Positions 24,628-32,303 are shown, numbered from the stretch's first letter. The stretch is DNA of 33,996 nt from an uncultured Candidatus Saccharibacteria bacterium (GCA_964359685.1 CAYHUW010000001.1:1-33996), one strand, 5' to 3'. Numbers and translations: made by a program. The notes: a model not told the origin generated them from the letters alone.

Positions 24628-27600
24628 ATGTCTATCGCACAGAAATCCATGGCGTTCATCGCTGTGCTTGCGGTAACGGTCGCTATTGTCTTCAGCTTTG
24701 TTGCAACTATCAATGTTGCTCAGGCTGCGGCTTTGACCCAGGGTCAAATCTCGTCAATAGTCTCGTTGCTTCAATCATTCGGCGCTGACGCTACGACCAT
24801 CGCAAACGTCCAGGCTTCCCTGAACGGTATGCCGACTTCGGGCTCAGGCTCAACGTCAGGTGGTTCAATGTCAGGTTCATGCACCTTTACGAGAGACCTT
24901 ACTCTCGGCTCTAAAGGTGATGATGTAACCTGTCTTCAGAACGCTTTGATTGCAAACGGCTATGGAATCGCAGCAGGCGCAACCGGGTACTTCGGTGCTC
25001 AGACGCAGGCAGCGGTTATGAAGTGGCAAGCAGCAGCAGGTGTAGCACCGGCAGCAGGCTACTTCGGTCCTAAGTCTCGCGCAGCATTTGCGTCAGTCTC
25101 AGGCGGCACAAGCACAGGCGGAACAACGACTGTTCCTGCAGGCACTGGCCTTACGGTCATGGCAGGCAGCCAGCCGATGAACGCTCTTGCTCCGCAGAAC
25201 GCTACTCGCGTTCCGTTCACTCGCATCGTATTGACTGCGGGTAACGACGGCGACGTAGTGGTGAATTCAATTCAGGTTCAGCGCACAGGCCTCGGCACGG
25301 ATGCGGCATTCGCAGGGGTAATCCTCGTGGATGAAGCAACCGGTATGCAGGTTGGTGTTGCAAAGACCTTCAATTCAAATCACCAGACGGCAGTCGGGCA
25401 GACGATGACTATTCCTCGCGGAACTTCCAAGACCTTCTTGGTCGCGGGTAACATGCAGTCATCACTCTCGTCGTACGCGGGTGAAGCTCCGTCACTCTCC
25501 GTTGTGGGTGTGAACACGACCGCGACCGTCTCGGGAACTCTCCCGATTGTCGGCGCGACTCATGTCATCAACTCAACGTTGAACGTTGGTACGCTTTCTC
25601 TTACTGTTTCGCAGGCGTTTACTTCAAACGCACCCGCCAACAAGGAGATTGGTACAACAGGTTACAAGACCACAGGGCTTAACCTTACAGCTGGATCGGC
25701 TGAAGATATCCGCTTGAAGTCCATTATCTTCAACCAGACAGGATCTGTTTCAGGTTCTGATCTCGCGAATGTAGCTATTGTTGTCGGCGGCACTTCCTAT
25801 CCTGCGGTTCTTTCCGCAGACGGTAAGTACTACTCGGCAACCTTCGGTTCAGGCGTTGTGATTGCAAAAGGCAATCAGGTTGAGGTCTACGTCCAGTACG
25901 ATATCGTTGGCTCAAACTCAACGAACCGCACCGTTATCTTTGACGTAGATAAGACGACTGACATTTACGGAACCGGCGAAACCTATGGTTACGGTGTTTC
26001 ACCGACAACTGCAGGCGGTTCTTCAGTCCCGACTACCCGCACCAGCCAGAACACGGTAGAGACTACGGGTACTCCGTACATCTACGCGGCTCAGGTCACT
26101 GTGACCGGCGCTTCAGTGACTTCAATTGCGAAAGCAAACGAAGTTGCAGCCCAGAACATTGCAATCAACGTTCCGAACCAGCCTTTGGGCGGTTACGTTG
26201 TTGACATGAAGGGAGAGAGCATCACGGTTCAGACACAGGTGTTCACTGTTGCTTCAACGACCGGTTCAGGTACCGGCCTCTTGACTAACGTTACGTTGGT
26301 TGACGAGAATGGCACCGTAGTAGCCGGTCCTGTTGACGCAACCTACACGAGCTCGCTCGTGCAGACCGTTACCTTCACTGATACGGTTACCTACAAGACC
26401 GGTCGCCATGTCTTTACCCTCCGCGGTAAGGTCGCTTCAACGATCGGAAACGGCGGTACGTATATCGTAAGTACAACCCCTTCAGGTTGGACAAACGTAC
26501 GCGGTGAAACGACCGGCAACACGATCTCGCTTTCTGCAAATGGTGCGTTCTCAATGAACACCATGACCATCAAGGCGGGTTCTATGGTTGTCAACCTCTC
26601 AACATCGCCTGCATCGCAGACGATTGTCCCGGGAGGCCAGGGTGTTCTCTTCACGAACGTTCAGTTTGACGCAACACAGTCAGGTGAGGACATTCGCTTC
26701 TCAACCGCAGCTCTCTCGCTTACATTTGCAAGCGGTGCAGCGGTGACGGATCTTACGTCCTGCCAGTTGTTCGACGGAACTACTGGTCTTAACACGGGCT
26801 CAAACAGCTTGAATCCTTCAGGTGCATCAGGCGCAACGCAGACCTTCACTTTGGACAATCCGGTGACGGCTACGAAGGGCTCGGTGAAAACCTTGGGCCT
26901 CAAGTGTAATGTATCGGGTTCTGCCGCTAACACGGGAACCTTCACATGGGCACCGGTTACCGGTCCTACGTTCTCTGGCGCAACTTCAGGTACGACCATC
27001 ACTGCTACCTATCCGACTGCTCCGACTATCACCGTTACTATCGGTGTAGGTTCAGTCGCGGTGTCAACTGATGCTGCATCGCCTTCGTACATGCTCGCGG
27101 CTGCTGGCTCCGTCGGCGTCACGAACGGTGTGTACAAGTTCCGTGCAACGAACGAAAACATCAACCTGACGAGAGTTGGTTTGGTGCTTTCTAACACTGC
27201 TTCTTCGTCAGCAGGTGACGTCCTCAAGGCGACCATCTATGCAGACGGAGTAGAGAAGGGAGTTGCTTACTTTATCGGTTCATCGGTAAATGCAACTTCA
27301 ACCTTGGCTATTCCTATCGTTCTTACGAAGGACGTAGACAAGGCGATTACGATCAAGCTTGATTACGCTGATGTCGGCTCAAGCCAGGCAGTCACGTTCT
27401 CAGGTCACTTGGTCGCGGTTAACGTAGACGTAGGGGGCACGAACACGCAGGGTACGGGAGCATCTTCCGGCGCTACGTTCAACGCAACCGGCTCTACGGC
27501 AGTTTCAGGTGCTCGCGTCATGAAGTCATACCCGACGTTGGCGCTTGATACTTTGTCTTCAACAGGTATTGCCGATGGTCGCTTGATGCGATTCAAGGTA

Positions 27601-28128
27601 ACTGCTGATGCAAAGGGTCCGGTCGGTATCGCTCAGTTTGCGCTTAACCTCGCAACTTCAACTGCTTCAGTTACCAACGTCACTATCTACGGCTTCACGG
27701 ATGCGGGCTACTCAAATCCGGTGTCAGGCGTAGCAACTGACGGTAACCTCCAGCAGACGAACGATTGTACGGCTGGTTGTACCTCAAACCCGAACTTGAC
27801 GATTGGCGTAGCTAACTCGTCAGGCGCAACGGCGCTCCAGGTTCCGGCAGGTTCAACGCTCTACTTCGAGGCTCGCGGTTCAGTGTCAGGTGTCACCACA
27901 GGTGCATCTGTCACGACCAAGCTCCTCGGTAGCTCGTCGTTCCCCTCGACTTCAGCAGGTGTAGCGGTTAACCCGCTTCTCACTGTTGCAGGTGTTGCCG
28001 ATGGAAACGCCTTCATCTGGTCTCCGAACTCGACCACGACTGTTACACAGACGGGTCAGGATTGGACGAACGGATTCGGCCTCAATGGTCTTCCTTCAGG
28101 CGGTCTGATTCAGACCCGCTCGAACTAA
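24628..28128 (+). CDS. secreted or anchored cell-surface (S-layer-like) protein with a PG_binding_1 domain and Ig-like repeats
   Basis: 1166 aa from ATG 24628 (MSIAQKSMAFIAVLAVTVAIVF... signal/anchor). It has the PG-binding motif LTLGSKGDDVTCLQNALIANGY...GYFGAQTQAAVMKWQ and a long Thr/Ser/Gly/Val/Ala-rich beta-repeat region. Codon bias is strong. Confidence 0.85.
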   Translation: MSIAQKSMAFIAVLAVTVAIVFSFVATINVAQAAALTQGQISSIVSLLQSFGADATTIANVQASLNGMPTSGSGSTSGGSMSGSCTFTRDLTLGSKGDDVTCLQNALIANGYGIAAGATGYFGAQTQAAVMKWQAAAGVAPAAGYFGPKSRAAFASVSGGTSTGGTTTVPAGTGLTVMAGSQPMNALAPQNATRVPFTRIVLTAGNDGDVVVNSIQVQRTGLGTDAAFAGVILVDEATGMQVGVAKTFNSNHQTAVGQTMTIPRGTSKTFLVAGNMQSSLSSYAGEAPSLSVVGVNTTATVSGTLPIVGATHVINSTLNVGTLSLTVSQAFTSNAPANKEIGTTGYKTTGLNLTAGSAEDIRLKSIIFNQTGSVSGSDLANVAIVVGGTSYPAVLSADGKYYSATFGSGVVIAKGNQVEVYVQYDIVGSNSTNRTVIFDVDKTTDIYGTGETYGYGVSPTTAGGSSVPTTRTSQNTVETTGTPYIYAAQVTVTGASVTSIAKANEVAAQNIAINVPNQPLGGYVVDMKGESITVQTQVFTVASTTGSGTGLLTNVTLVDENGTVVAGPVDATYTSSLVQTVTFTDTVTYKTGRHVFTLRGKVASTIGNGGTYIVSTTPSGWTNVRGETTGNTISLSANGAFSMNTMTIKAGSMVVNLSTSPASQTIVPGGQGVLFTNVQFDATQSGEDIRFSTAALSLTFASGAAVTDLTSCQLFDGTTGLNTGSNSLNPSGASGATQTFTLDNPVTATKGSVKTLGLKCNVSGSAANTGTFTWAPVTGPTFSGATSGTTITATYPTAPTITVTIGVGSVAVSTDAASPSYMLAAAGSVGVTNGVYKFRATNENINLTRVGLVLSNTASSSAGDVLKATIYADGVEKGVAYFIGSSVNATSTLAIPIVLTKDVDKAITIKLDYADVGSSQAVTFSGHLVAVNVDVGGTNTQGTGASSGATFNATGSTAVSGARVMKSYPTLALDTLSSTGIADGRLMRFKVTADAKGPVGIAQFALNLATSTASVTNVTIYGFTDAGYSNPVSGVATDGNLQQTNDCTAGCTSNPNLTIGVANSSGATALQVPAGSTLYFEARGSVSGVTTGASVTTKLLGSSSFPSTSAGVAVNPLLTVAGVADGNAFIWSPNSTTTVTQTGQDWTNGFGLNGLPSGGLIQTRSN

Positions 28129-28164
28129 TCTCCAGGCGCAAGCCTAGAATTAGCGAAGAACAGC

Positions 28165-28195
28165 AAAACCCCCGCACGAAAGTGCGGGGGTTTTG
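28165..28195 (+). terminator. rho-independent terminator
   Basis: AAAACCCCCGCAC, GAAA loop, GTGCGGGGGTTTT. Confidence 0.85.
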
Positions 28196-28246
28196 TATTT
28201 TTCGGGTATTTTGCCTTTAATGCGTTACTTGATTACAATAACGTAT

Positions 28247-29014
28247 ATGCAGAAAAAAATTATTCTCGGTGTGGCGGTGCTTCTCGGTGTCGTGGCTATA
28301 GCGTACGGTATTTCAACCATCAATAGTACGAAGCCATCGGTGGGGCAAGAAATACCGGTTGTCGCCACATCAACGCCGAACTACACCATTGAACTTTTGG
28401 ATGATTTTGATATACGCGAAATCATGCCAAATCTTGATCGCGGACTTACGTTTACGGAAAGCGTGCCCGAAGTTGCGCGCGTACCCATGCAGAAAAATTA
28501 TGATGCCGCAGTAGCGCGGCTCAAGACGGATCCGATGCGTGCGGACGATTGGTTTAATCTGGGTATCTATTACCACGCGGCGAACGATTTCAAAGGAGCT
28601 GAAGAGGTGTGGCTCTTTCTAATAAAAGTCATTCCGAATAGTGCGGTGCCACTGGACAATCTCGGTAAGATGTACAAGTTTGATTTGAAAGATTTCCCGA
28701 AGTCGGAAGGTTATTTTAAGAAGTCTATTGCACTCAATCCGGATTCAACGACGCCTTATTTTGAACTGTTTGAGTTGTACAGGTATCTTTACAAAACAAA
28801 CACAACAGCGGCGGTTGATATCGTTACTCAGGCCGCGGGAAAGTTCCCGCAAAATCCCGACCCGCATATGGTTCTCGGTTCCTACTATCGGGATATAAAA
28901 AATTATGCCGGTGCACGTGCGGAGTTTACGAAAGCACTTGATATCGCACGTGAATTAAAAAACGTCCAGCTGATTGATGCGATAGGGGATGAGATTGCGA
29001 ACCTTCCGCAGTAG
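28247..29014 (+). CDS. TPR-repeat protein with N-terminal signal/anchor
   Basis: 255 aa from ATG 28247 (MQKKIILGVAVLLGVVAIAYG). It has TPR-like repeats (WFNLGIYYHAANDFKGAEEVW, LGSYYRDIKNYAGARAEFTKAL). The track start at 28193 lies inside the upstream terminator. Confidence 0.8.
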   Translation: MQKKIILGVAVLLGVVAIAYGISTINSTKPSVGQEIPVVATSTPNYTIELLDDFDIREIMPNLDRGLTFTESVPEVARVPMQKNYDAAVARLKTDPMRADDWFNLGIYYHAANDFKGAEEVWLFLIKVIPNSAVPLDNLGKMYKFDLKDFPKSEGYFKKSIALNPDSTTPYFELFELYRYLYKTNTTAAVDIVTQAAGKFPQNPDPHMVLGSYYRDIKNYAGARAEFTKALDIARELKNVQLIDAIGDEIANLPQ

Positions 29015-29015
29015 T

Positions 29016-29117
29016 CATGAATAAATTCTTCACACCTGATTTTTTCAAATTCCTTCTCGGTTTTTCCGTCATCATCGTCCTTTCGTTCCTCGTTCTTACC
29101 TTCGCCCACCAGTCGTA
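29016..29117 (+). CDS. candidate 33-aa hydrophobic micro-protein
   Basis: MNKFFTPDFFKFLLGFSVIIVLSFLVLTFAHQS. It has one TM-like helix, starts 2 nt after the TPR gene stop, and is followed by a 12-bp hairpin at 29122-29148. It is too short to appear in the ORF track. Confidence 0.3.
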
Positions 29118-29149
29118 ACCCAAATGTGCCATACTTAGTATGGCACATT

Positions 29150-29300
29150 GCTATTTGGACTTTCGTTTGGTACTCTAGCGGGAGCACGACTGGAGACAGT
29201 AGGTCCCGAAAGGGGTAATGAGCGAAAGCCGCCTGCCGAAGTCGAAAAAGGTTTAAGGTCGAATCCTTTACCCAGCCCGTGCTCACACGGGTTTTCTTTT
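29150..29300 (+). promoter_or_regulatory. rplJ leader region ending in an intrinsic terminator (attenuator candidate)
   Basis: About 150 nt of GC-rich structured sequence upstream of rplJ. Its terminator is CCCGTG CTCA CACGGG TTTTCTTTT (29276-29300), about 25 nt before the ATG. Confidence 0.5.
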
Positions 29301-29323
29301 TATATAAGAAGACCCACACAACT

Positions 29324-29821
29324 ATGGCAATTACAAAAGCAAAGAAAGTTACCCTACTTGCGGGTATTACCGAGGCCCTGGCAAAGACCGTTTCGGGCGT
29401 GTTTGTCAGTTTCTCGGGTATTACGGTCGCGGAAGTGAACCAGCTTCGCGCCGCGCTTAAGACCGAGGGTGTGAAATACACCGTCGTTAAAAAGACGCTT
29501 CTCAAAAAAGCACTGACCGAGAAGGGCGTTTCAGGCGATATGCCCGAACTGCCCGGTGAAATCGCTTTCGTCTACCTCAAAGAAGGAGACGACATTACCG
29601 CGCCCGCGCGCGGCATTCACGGTTTCGTAAAGAAACTTGCGGGCAAAATCGCTCTCGTCGGAGGACTCCTTGAAGGCAAGTACCTCTCGGAAGGGGAGGC
29701 AAGAGGTATCGCGACGATTCCGCCGATCCCGGTATTGCGCGGTATGTTTGCAAACGTCATCAACTCATCGATTCAGCGTTTCGCTATCGGTTTAAACGAG
29801 GTGGCAAAGACAAAATCTTAG
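29324..29821 (+). CDS. rplJ: 50S ribosomal protein L10
   Basis: 165 aa from ATG 29324 (MAITKAKKV...), with the conserved rplJ-rplL order. The track start at 29279 lies inside the terminator. Confidence 0.9.
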   Translation: MAITKAKKVTLLAGITEALAKTVSGVFVSFSGITVAEVNQLRAALKTEGVKYTVVKKTLLKKALTEKGVSGDMPELPGEIAFVYLKEGDDITAPARGIHGFVKKLAGKIALVGGLLEGKYLSEGEARGIATIPPIPVLRGMFANVINSSIQRFAIGLNEVAKTKS

Positions 29822-29857
29822 TAATTATTAAGAGCGAAGCGATTTAGAATTACTTAG

Positions 29858-29899
29858 ACCCCGCCCTCTGCAGAAGCCAAGAAGCTTAGAGGGCGGGGT
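29858..29899 (+). repeat. 12-bp GC-rich hairpin between rplJ and rplL
   Basis: ACCCCGCCCTCT ... AGAGGGCGGGGT around an 18-nt structured loop, with no T-run. Confidence 0.7.
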
Positions 29900-29942
29900 G
29901 GAAGATTAATTAAACTCGCGGACTCATTAAATTAATCTAATC

Positions 29943-30305
29943 ATGACATCAGAACAAATCATTGAAGCAGTAGAGAAAATGACCGTGCTTGAACTCAATG
30001 CACTCGTCAAGGCGATTGAAGAGAAGTGGGGCGTTTCGGCTACTGCGGTAGCTGCGGCAGGTCCCGCGGCAGCAGCGGATGCGGGCGAAGAGAAATCAAC
30101 CTTCACCGTGAAGTTGGTTTCGGGTGGTGATGCGAAAATCGGCGTCATCAAAGTCGTCAAAGAAGCTCTCGCGTTGGGTCTGAAAGAAGCAAAAGATTTG
30201 GTAGATGCGGCTCCGTCAGTCCTCAAGGAAGGAGTGAAGAAGGAAGACGCAAACAAGCTCAAGGAAGCTATAGAAGCAGCAGGAGGAAAAGTGGAACTCG
30301 CCTAA
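29943..30305 (+). CDS. rplL: 50S ribosomal protein L7/L12
   Basis: 120 aa. Contains [15 protein letters not shown], an Ala-rich hinge and the C-terminal domain [24 protein letters not shown]. Confidence 0.95.
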   Translation: MTSEQIIEAVEKMTVLELNALVKAIEEKWGVSATAVAAAGPAAAADAGEEKSTFTVKLVSGGDAKIGVIKVVKEALALGLKEAKDLVDAAPSVLKEGVKKEDANKLKEAIEAAGGKVELA

Positions 30306-30317
30306 CTGTCTCTCTGA

Positions 30318-30346
30318 AACACCCCGCGTTACGGCGGGGTGTTTTT
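30318..30346 (+). terminator. rho-independent terminator of rplJL
   Basis: CACCCCGC, GTTACG loop, GCGGGGTG, then TTTTT. Confidence 0.8.
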
Positions 30347-30351
30347 GTTTG

Positions 30352-30380
30352 CTTGACTACGCACAAAACAGGCAGATAAT
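30352..30380 (+). promoter_or_regulatory. promoter TTGACT-N17-GATAAT
   Basis: TTGACT at 30352-30357 and GATAAT at 30375-30380. The ATG at 30388 lies 7 nt after the -10 box, consistent with a leaderless start. Confidence 0.45.
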
Positions 30381-30387
30381 GCGGGGC

Positions 30388-30573
30388 ATGGCAAACGAAT
30401 CAAAAGAATCGAGTGTTTCCGAACTGCGGGAACAGGGCGTCGCGTTGGCGCGCTCAGGAAGAATTAAGACTCCGAAAGCAGATGCGCTCCTGGATTTCCA
30501 GGTTTGGAACGGATGGGTCAACGAGCGCCGTGCTCAAATCCGCGCCGCAGAGGAAGGGGAGAAATCGGAATAA
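30388..30573 (+). CDS. hypothetical small protein
   Basis: 61 aa (MANESKESSVSELREQG...), flanked by its own promoter and terminator. An alternative ATG exists at 30379. Confidence 0.5.
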   Translation: MANESKESSVSELREQGVALARSGRIKTPKADALLDFQVWNGWVNERRAQIRAAEEGEKSE

Positions 30574-30582
30574 TCGCTCCAC

Positions 30583-30612
30583 AAAAAGCCCTGAAACGGG
30601 GCTTTTTGTTTT
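30583..30612 (+). terminator. rho-independent terminator
   Basis: AGCCCT, GAAAC loop, GGGGCT, then TTTTGTTTTTT. Confidence 0.75.
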
Positions 30613-30639
30613 TTAGAAAAGACGCGTACAATACATGTA

Positions 30640-31206
30640 ATGTTCAAAGAACTGTCGCGCCTCTTCCAGAATCCCGCCCGCATCAAAGTTCTGAAATTTT
30701 TCACTCTCCAGCCAAATCTTAAAACTTCAGCAAAAGACGTCGCGCAGACCATCGGCGGAAGCGTCGCAAAAACCGAGATTGAAATCCGCGCGCTCGCCCG
30801 TGCGGGAGTGTTGACGGGCAAGCGCCAGGGGAAGAAAACAATGTATTCACTGTCGCCGACGTTTCCGCACGCCGAAGCAGTCCGCGGTTTTTTGGACGAA
30901 ATCACACAGCCGAATGATAAGTCGCTCTCGGATGCTTTCCGCGGCGTTCCCGGCGTCACGCTGTTGGTCGCAACAGGAGCTCTGGTTCGTGAGCGTCGCG
31001 GCACCATTGACCTTCTTGTGGTCACACGCCGCCCGAAGGATGCCCGTATTGAACGGGCGGTACGGCAGGTTGAAACAAAGGCCTCTTTGCCGATTCGCTA
31101 CGCTGTTTTTGATACCCGGGAGTACGAAGAGAGGAGAGTCGCGAGAGACAGGCTACTCAGGGACGTCTTTGAATTTACCCACGCAGTCATTGTAGGCAGA
31201 GGTTGA
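30640..31206 (+). CDS. ArsR-like winged-HTH protein with an uncharacterised C-terminal domain
   Basis: 188 aa. The N-terminus LFQNPARIKVLKFFTLQPNLKTSAKDVAQTIG...VLTGKRQGKKTMYSL resembles a wHTH. TACAAT at 30627-30632 lies 7 nt before the ATG. Confidence 0.65.
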   Translation: MFKELSRLFQNPARIKVLKFFTLQPNLKTSAKDVAQTIGGSVAKTEIEIRALARAGVLTGKRQGKKTMYSLSPTFPHAEAVRGFLDEITQPNDKSLSDAFRGVPGVTLLVATGALVRERRGTIDLLVVTRRPKDARIERAVRQVETKASLPIRYAVFDTREYEERRVARDRLLRDVFEFTHAVIVGRG

Positions 31207-31289
31207 GCCGTTTTTCGGAATATCCTTCTTCCCGGGGCTATTCACAGCGCTCGGCGCAAACCCCCTATATGGTGCTACCATTTTGGTAG

Positions 31290-31355
31290 GTGGCTCGATT
31301 ACGACCACACTTGGATTTTCTAAAACGGAGTACCGTTAAGAAAATCTCGGCGGCG
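31290..31355 (+). ncRNA. structured RNA element, copy B (candidate 5' leader or sRNA)
   Basis: GTGGCTCG..GACCACACT..GATTTTC-TAAA-ACGG-AGTA-CCGT-TAA-GAAAATC-TCGGCGGCG. It is a paralog of 24271-24338 and lies 78 nt upstream of the 31433 ATG. Confidence 0.6.
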
Positions 31356-31432
31356 GTGTTCTCCCTAGGGGAAGAAAACTAGGCAGGACAGCCCATAAAT
31401 CTTTATTTAATTATTGGATAATTTATACCTAC

Positions 31433-32119
31433 ATGCTTATTCAAACATGGGCTGATGTATTGACTGCCTCGTTCCAGAACCTCTGGCTTGGCATCGTTGC
31501 ATTTGTCCCGAACATTATTGTTGCGGTCATCATTTTTGTCCTCGGCTGGCTCGTCGGAGCGGCTTTGGGCAGAATTATCGCGCAGGTCATCAAGGCTATT
31601 AAGCTTGATATGGCGCTTAAAAATACCGGTCTCAATGATGCGGTAGAGCGCGCGGGCTTCACGCTTGATTCAGGCGCATTTTTAGGAATGCTCGTTCAGT
31701 GGTTCTTCATCATTGTCTTTTTGATGGCGTCTTTGGAAGTCTTGGGATTGACCCAGGTTAATCTCTTCCTCCAGAACGTTGTCCTCGCATACCTCCCGCA
31801 GGTTATCGTCGCCGCATTGATTCTTCTTGTCGGCGCGGTCGTGGCACAGGTTGCAAAAGATATCGTGGGCGGTGCTGCAAAAGCGGCAGGCGTTCATGGG
31901 GCAGGATTCGCAGGTTCAATCGCTATGTGGGCAGTTTGGATTTTCACCCTCATTGCCGCATTGGATCAGCTTCAGGTCGCACAGGCTTTCATTCAGACTC
32001 TCTACACGGGTGTGATTATCGCCGTCTCTTTGGCGGTCGGTCTCGCATTCGGTTTGGGCGGTCAGGAAGCCGCTGCTCGCGCAATAGAGAAAATGCGCTC
32101 GCAGATGGGCGACAAATAA
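31433..32119 (+). CDS. membrane protein with conserved-TM-helix repeats (mechanosensitive-channel-associated type)
   Basis: 228 aa. Repeated amphipathic/TM units are present (PNIIVAVIIFVLGWLVGAALGRIIAQVIK; LPQVIVAALILLVGAVVAQVAKDIVGG). Codon usage resembles that of the surface protein and rplL. Confidence 0.75.
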   Translation: MLIQTWADVLTASFQNLWLGIVAFVPNIIVAVIIFVLGWLVGAALGRIIAQVIKAIKLDMALKNTGLNDAVERAGFTLDSGAFLGMLVQWFFIIVFLMASLEVLGLTQVNLFLQNVVLAYLPQVIVAALILLVGAVVAQVAKDIVGGAAKAAGVHGAGFAGSIAMWAVWIFTLIAALDQLQVAQAFIQTLYTGVIIAVSLAVGLAFGLGGQEAAARAIEKMRSQMGDK

Positions 32120-32120
32120 T

Positions 32121-32153
32121 TTAGGCTCTAGGTTGCTAGGCGTTAGGCTCTAG
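32121..32153. repeat. 11-nt direct repeat TTAGGCTCTAG x2
   Basis: Copies at 32121-32131 and 32143-32153, spaced 22 nt apart, immediately after the 31433 gene stop. Confidence 0.6.
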
Positions 32154-32159
32154 CAAAAC

Positions 32160-32191
32160 AAAAAACGCCTCGGGCAACCGGGGCGTTTTTT
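32160..32191 (+). terminator. rho-independent terminator
   Basis: AAAAAACGCCTCGG, GCAA loop, CCGGGGCGTTTTTT. Confidence 0.85.
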
Positions 32192-32200
32192 GTTCCCTAG

Positions 32201-32226
32201 AAAAATTACCATATATGGTAATTTTT
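32201..32226. repeat. 26-nt perfect palindrome AAAAATTACCATA|TATGGTAATTTTT
   Basis: Perfect dyad sharing the CCATATATGG core with the palindromes at 1981-2008 and 32266-32303. Confidence 0.9.
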
Positions 32227-32265
32227 TGACTGGCTTCATATACGGGAAACTGATTTTCGCAGTTG

Positions 32266-32303
32266 CCACACCTATACCTCCATATATGGAGGTATAGGTG
32301 TGG
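32266..32303. repeat. 38-nt perfect palindrome CCACACCTATACCTCCATA|TATGGAGGTATAGGTGTGG
   Basis: Perfect dyad followed by GTGTTTTTGTTTTT, so it is terminator-like on the plus strand. Its 24-nt core is identical to argS 1983-2006. Confidence 0.9.

Noticed and set aside
29255-29268. tRNA T-arm-like AAGG-TCGAAT-CCTT in the rplJ leader.
   Set aside because: The loop is 6 nt rather than the canonical 7-nt TTCGAAT. No acceptor, D or anticodon arms can be built around it. No other T-loop consensus was seen in any intergenic region, so no tRNA is called in this window.
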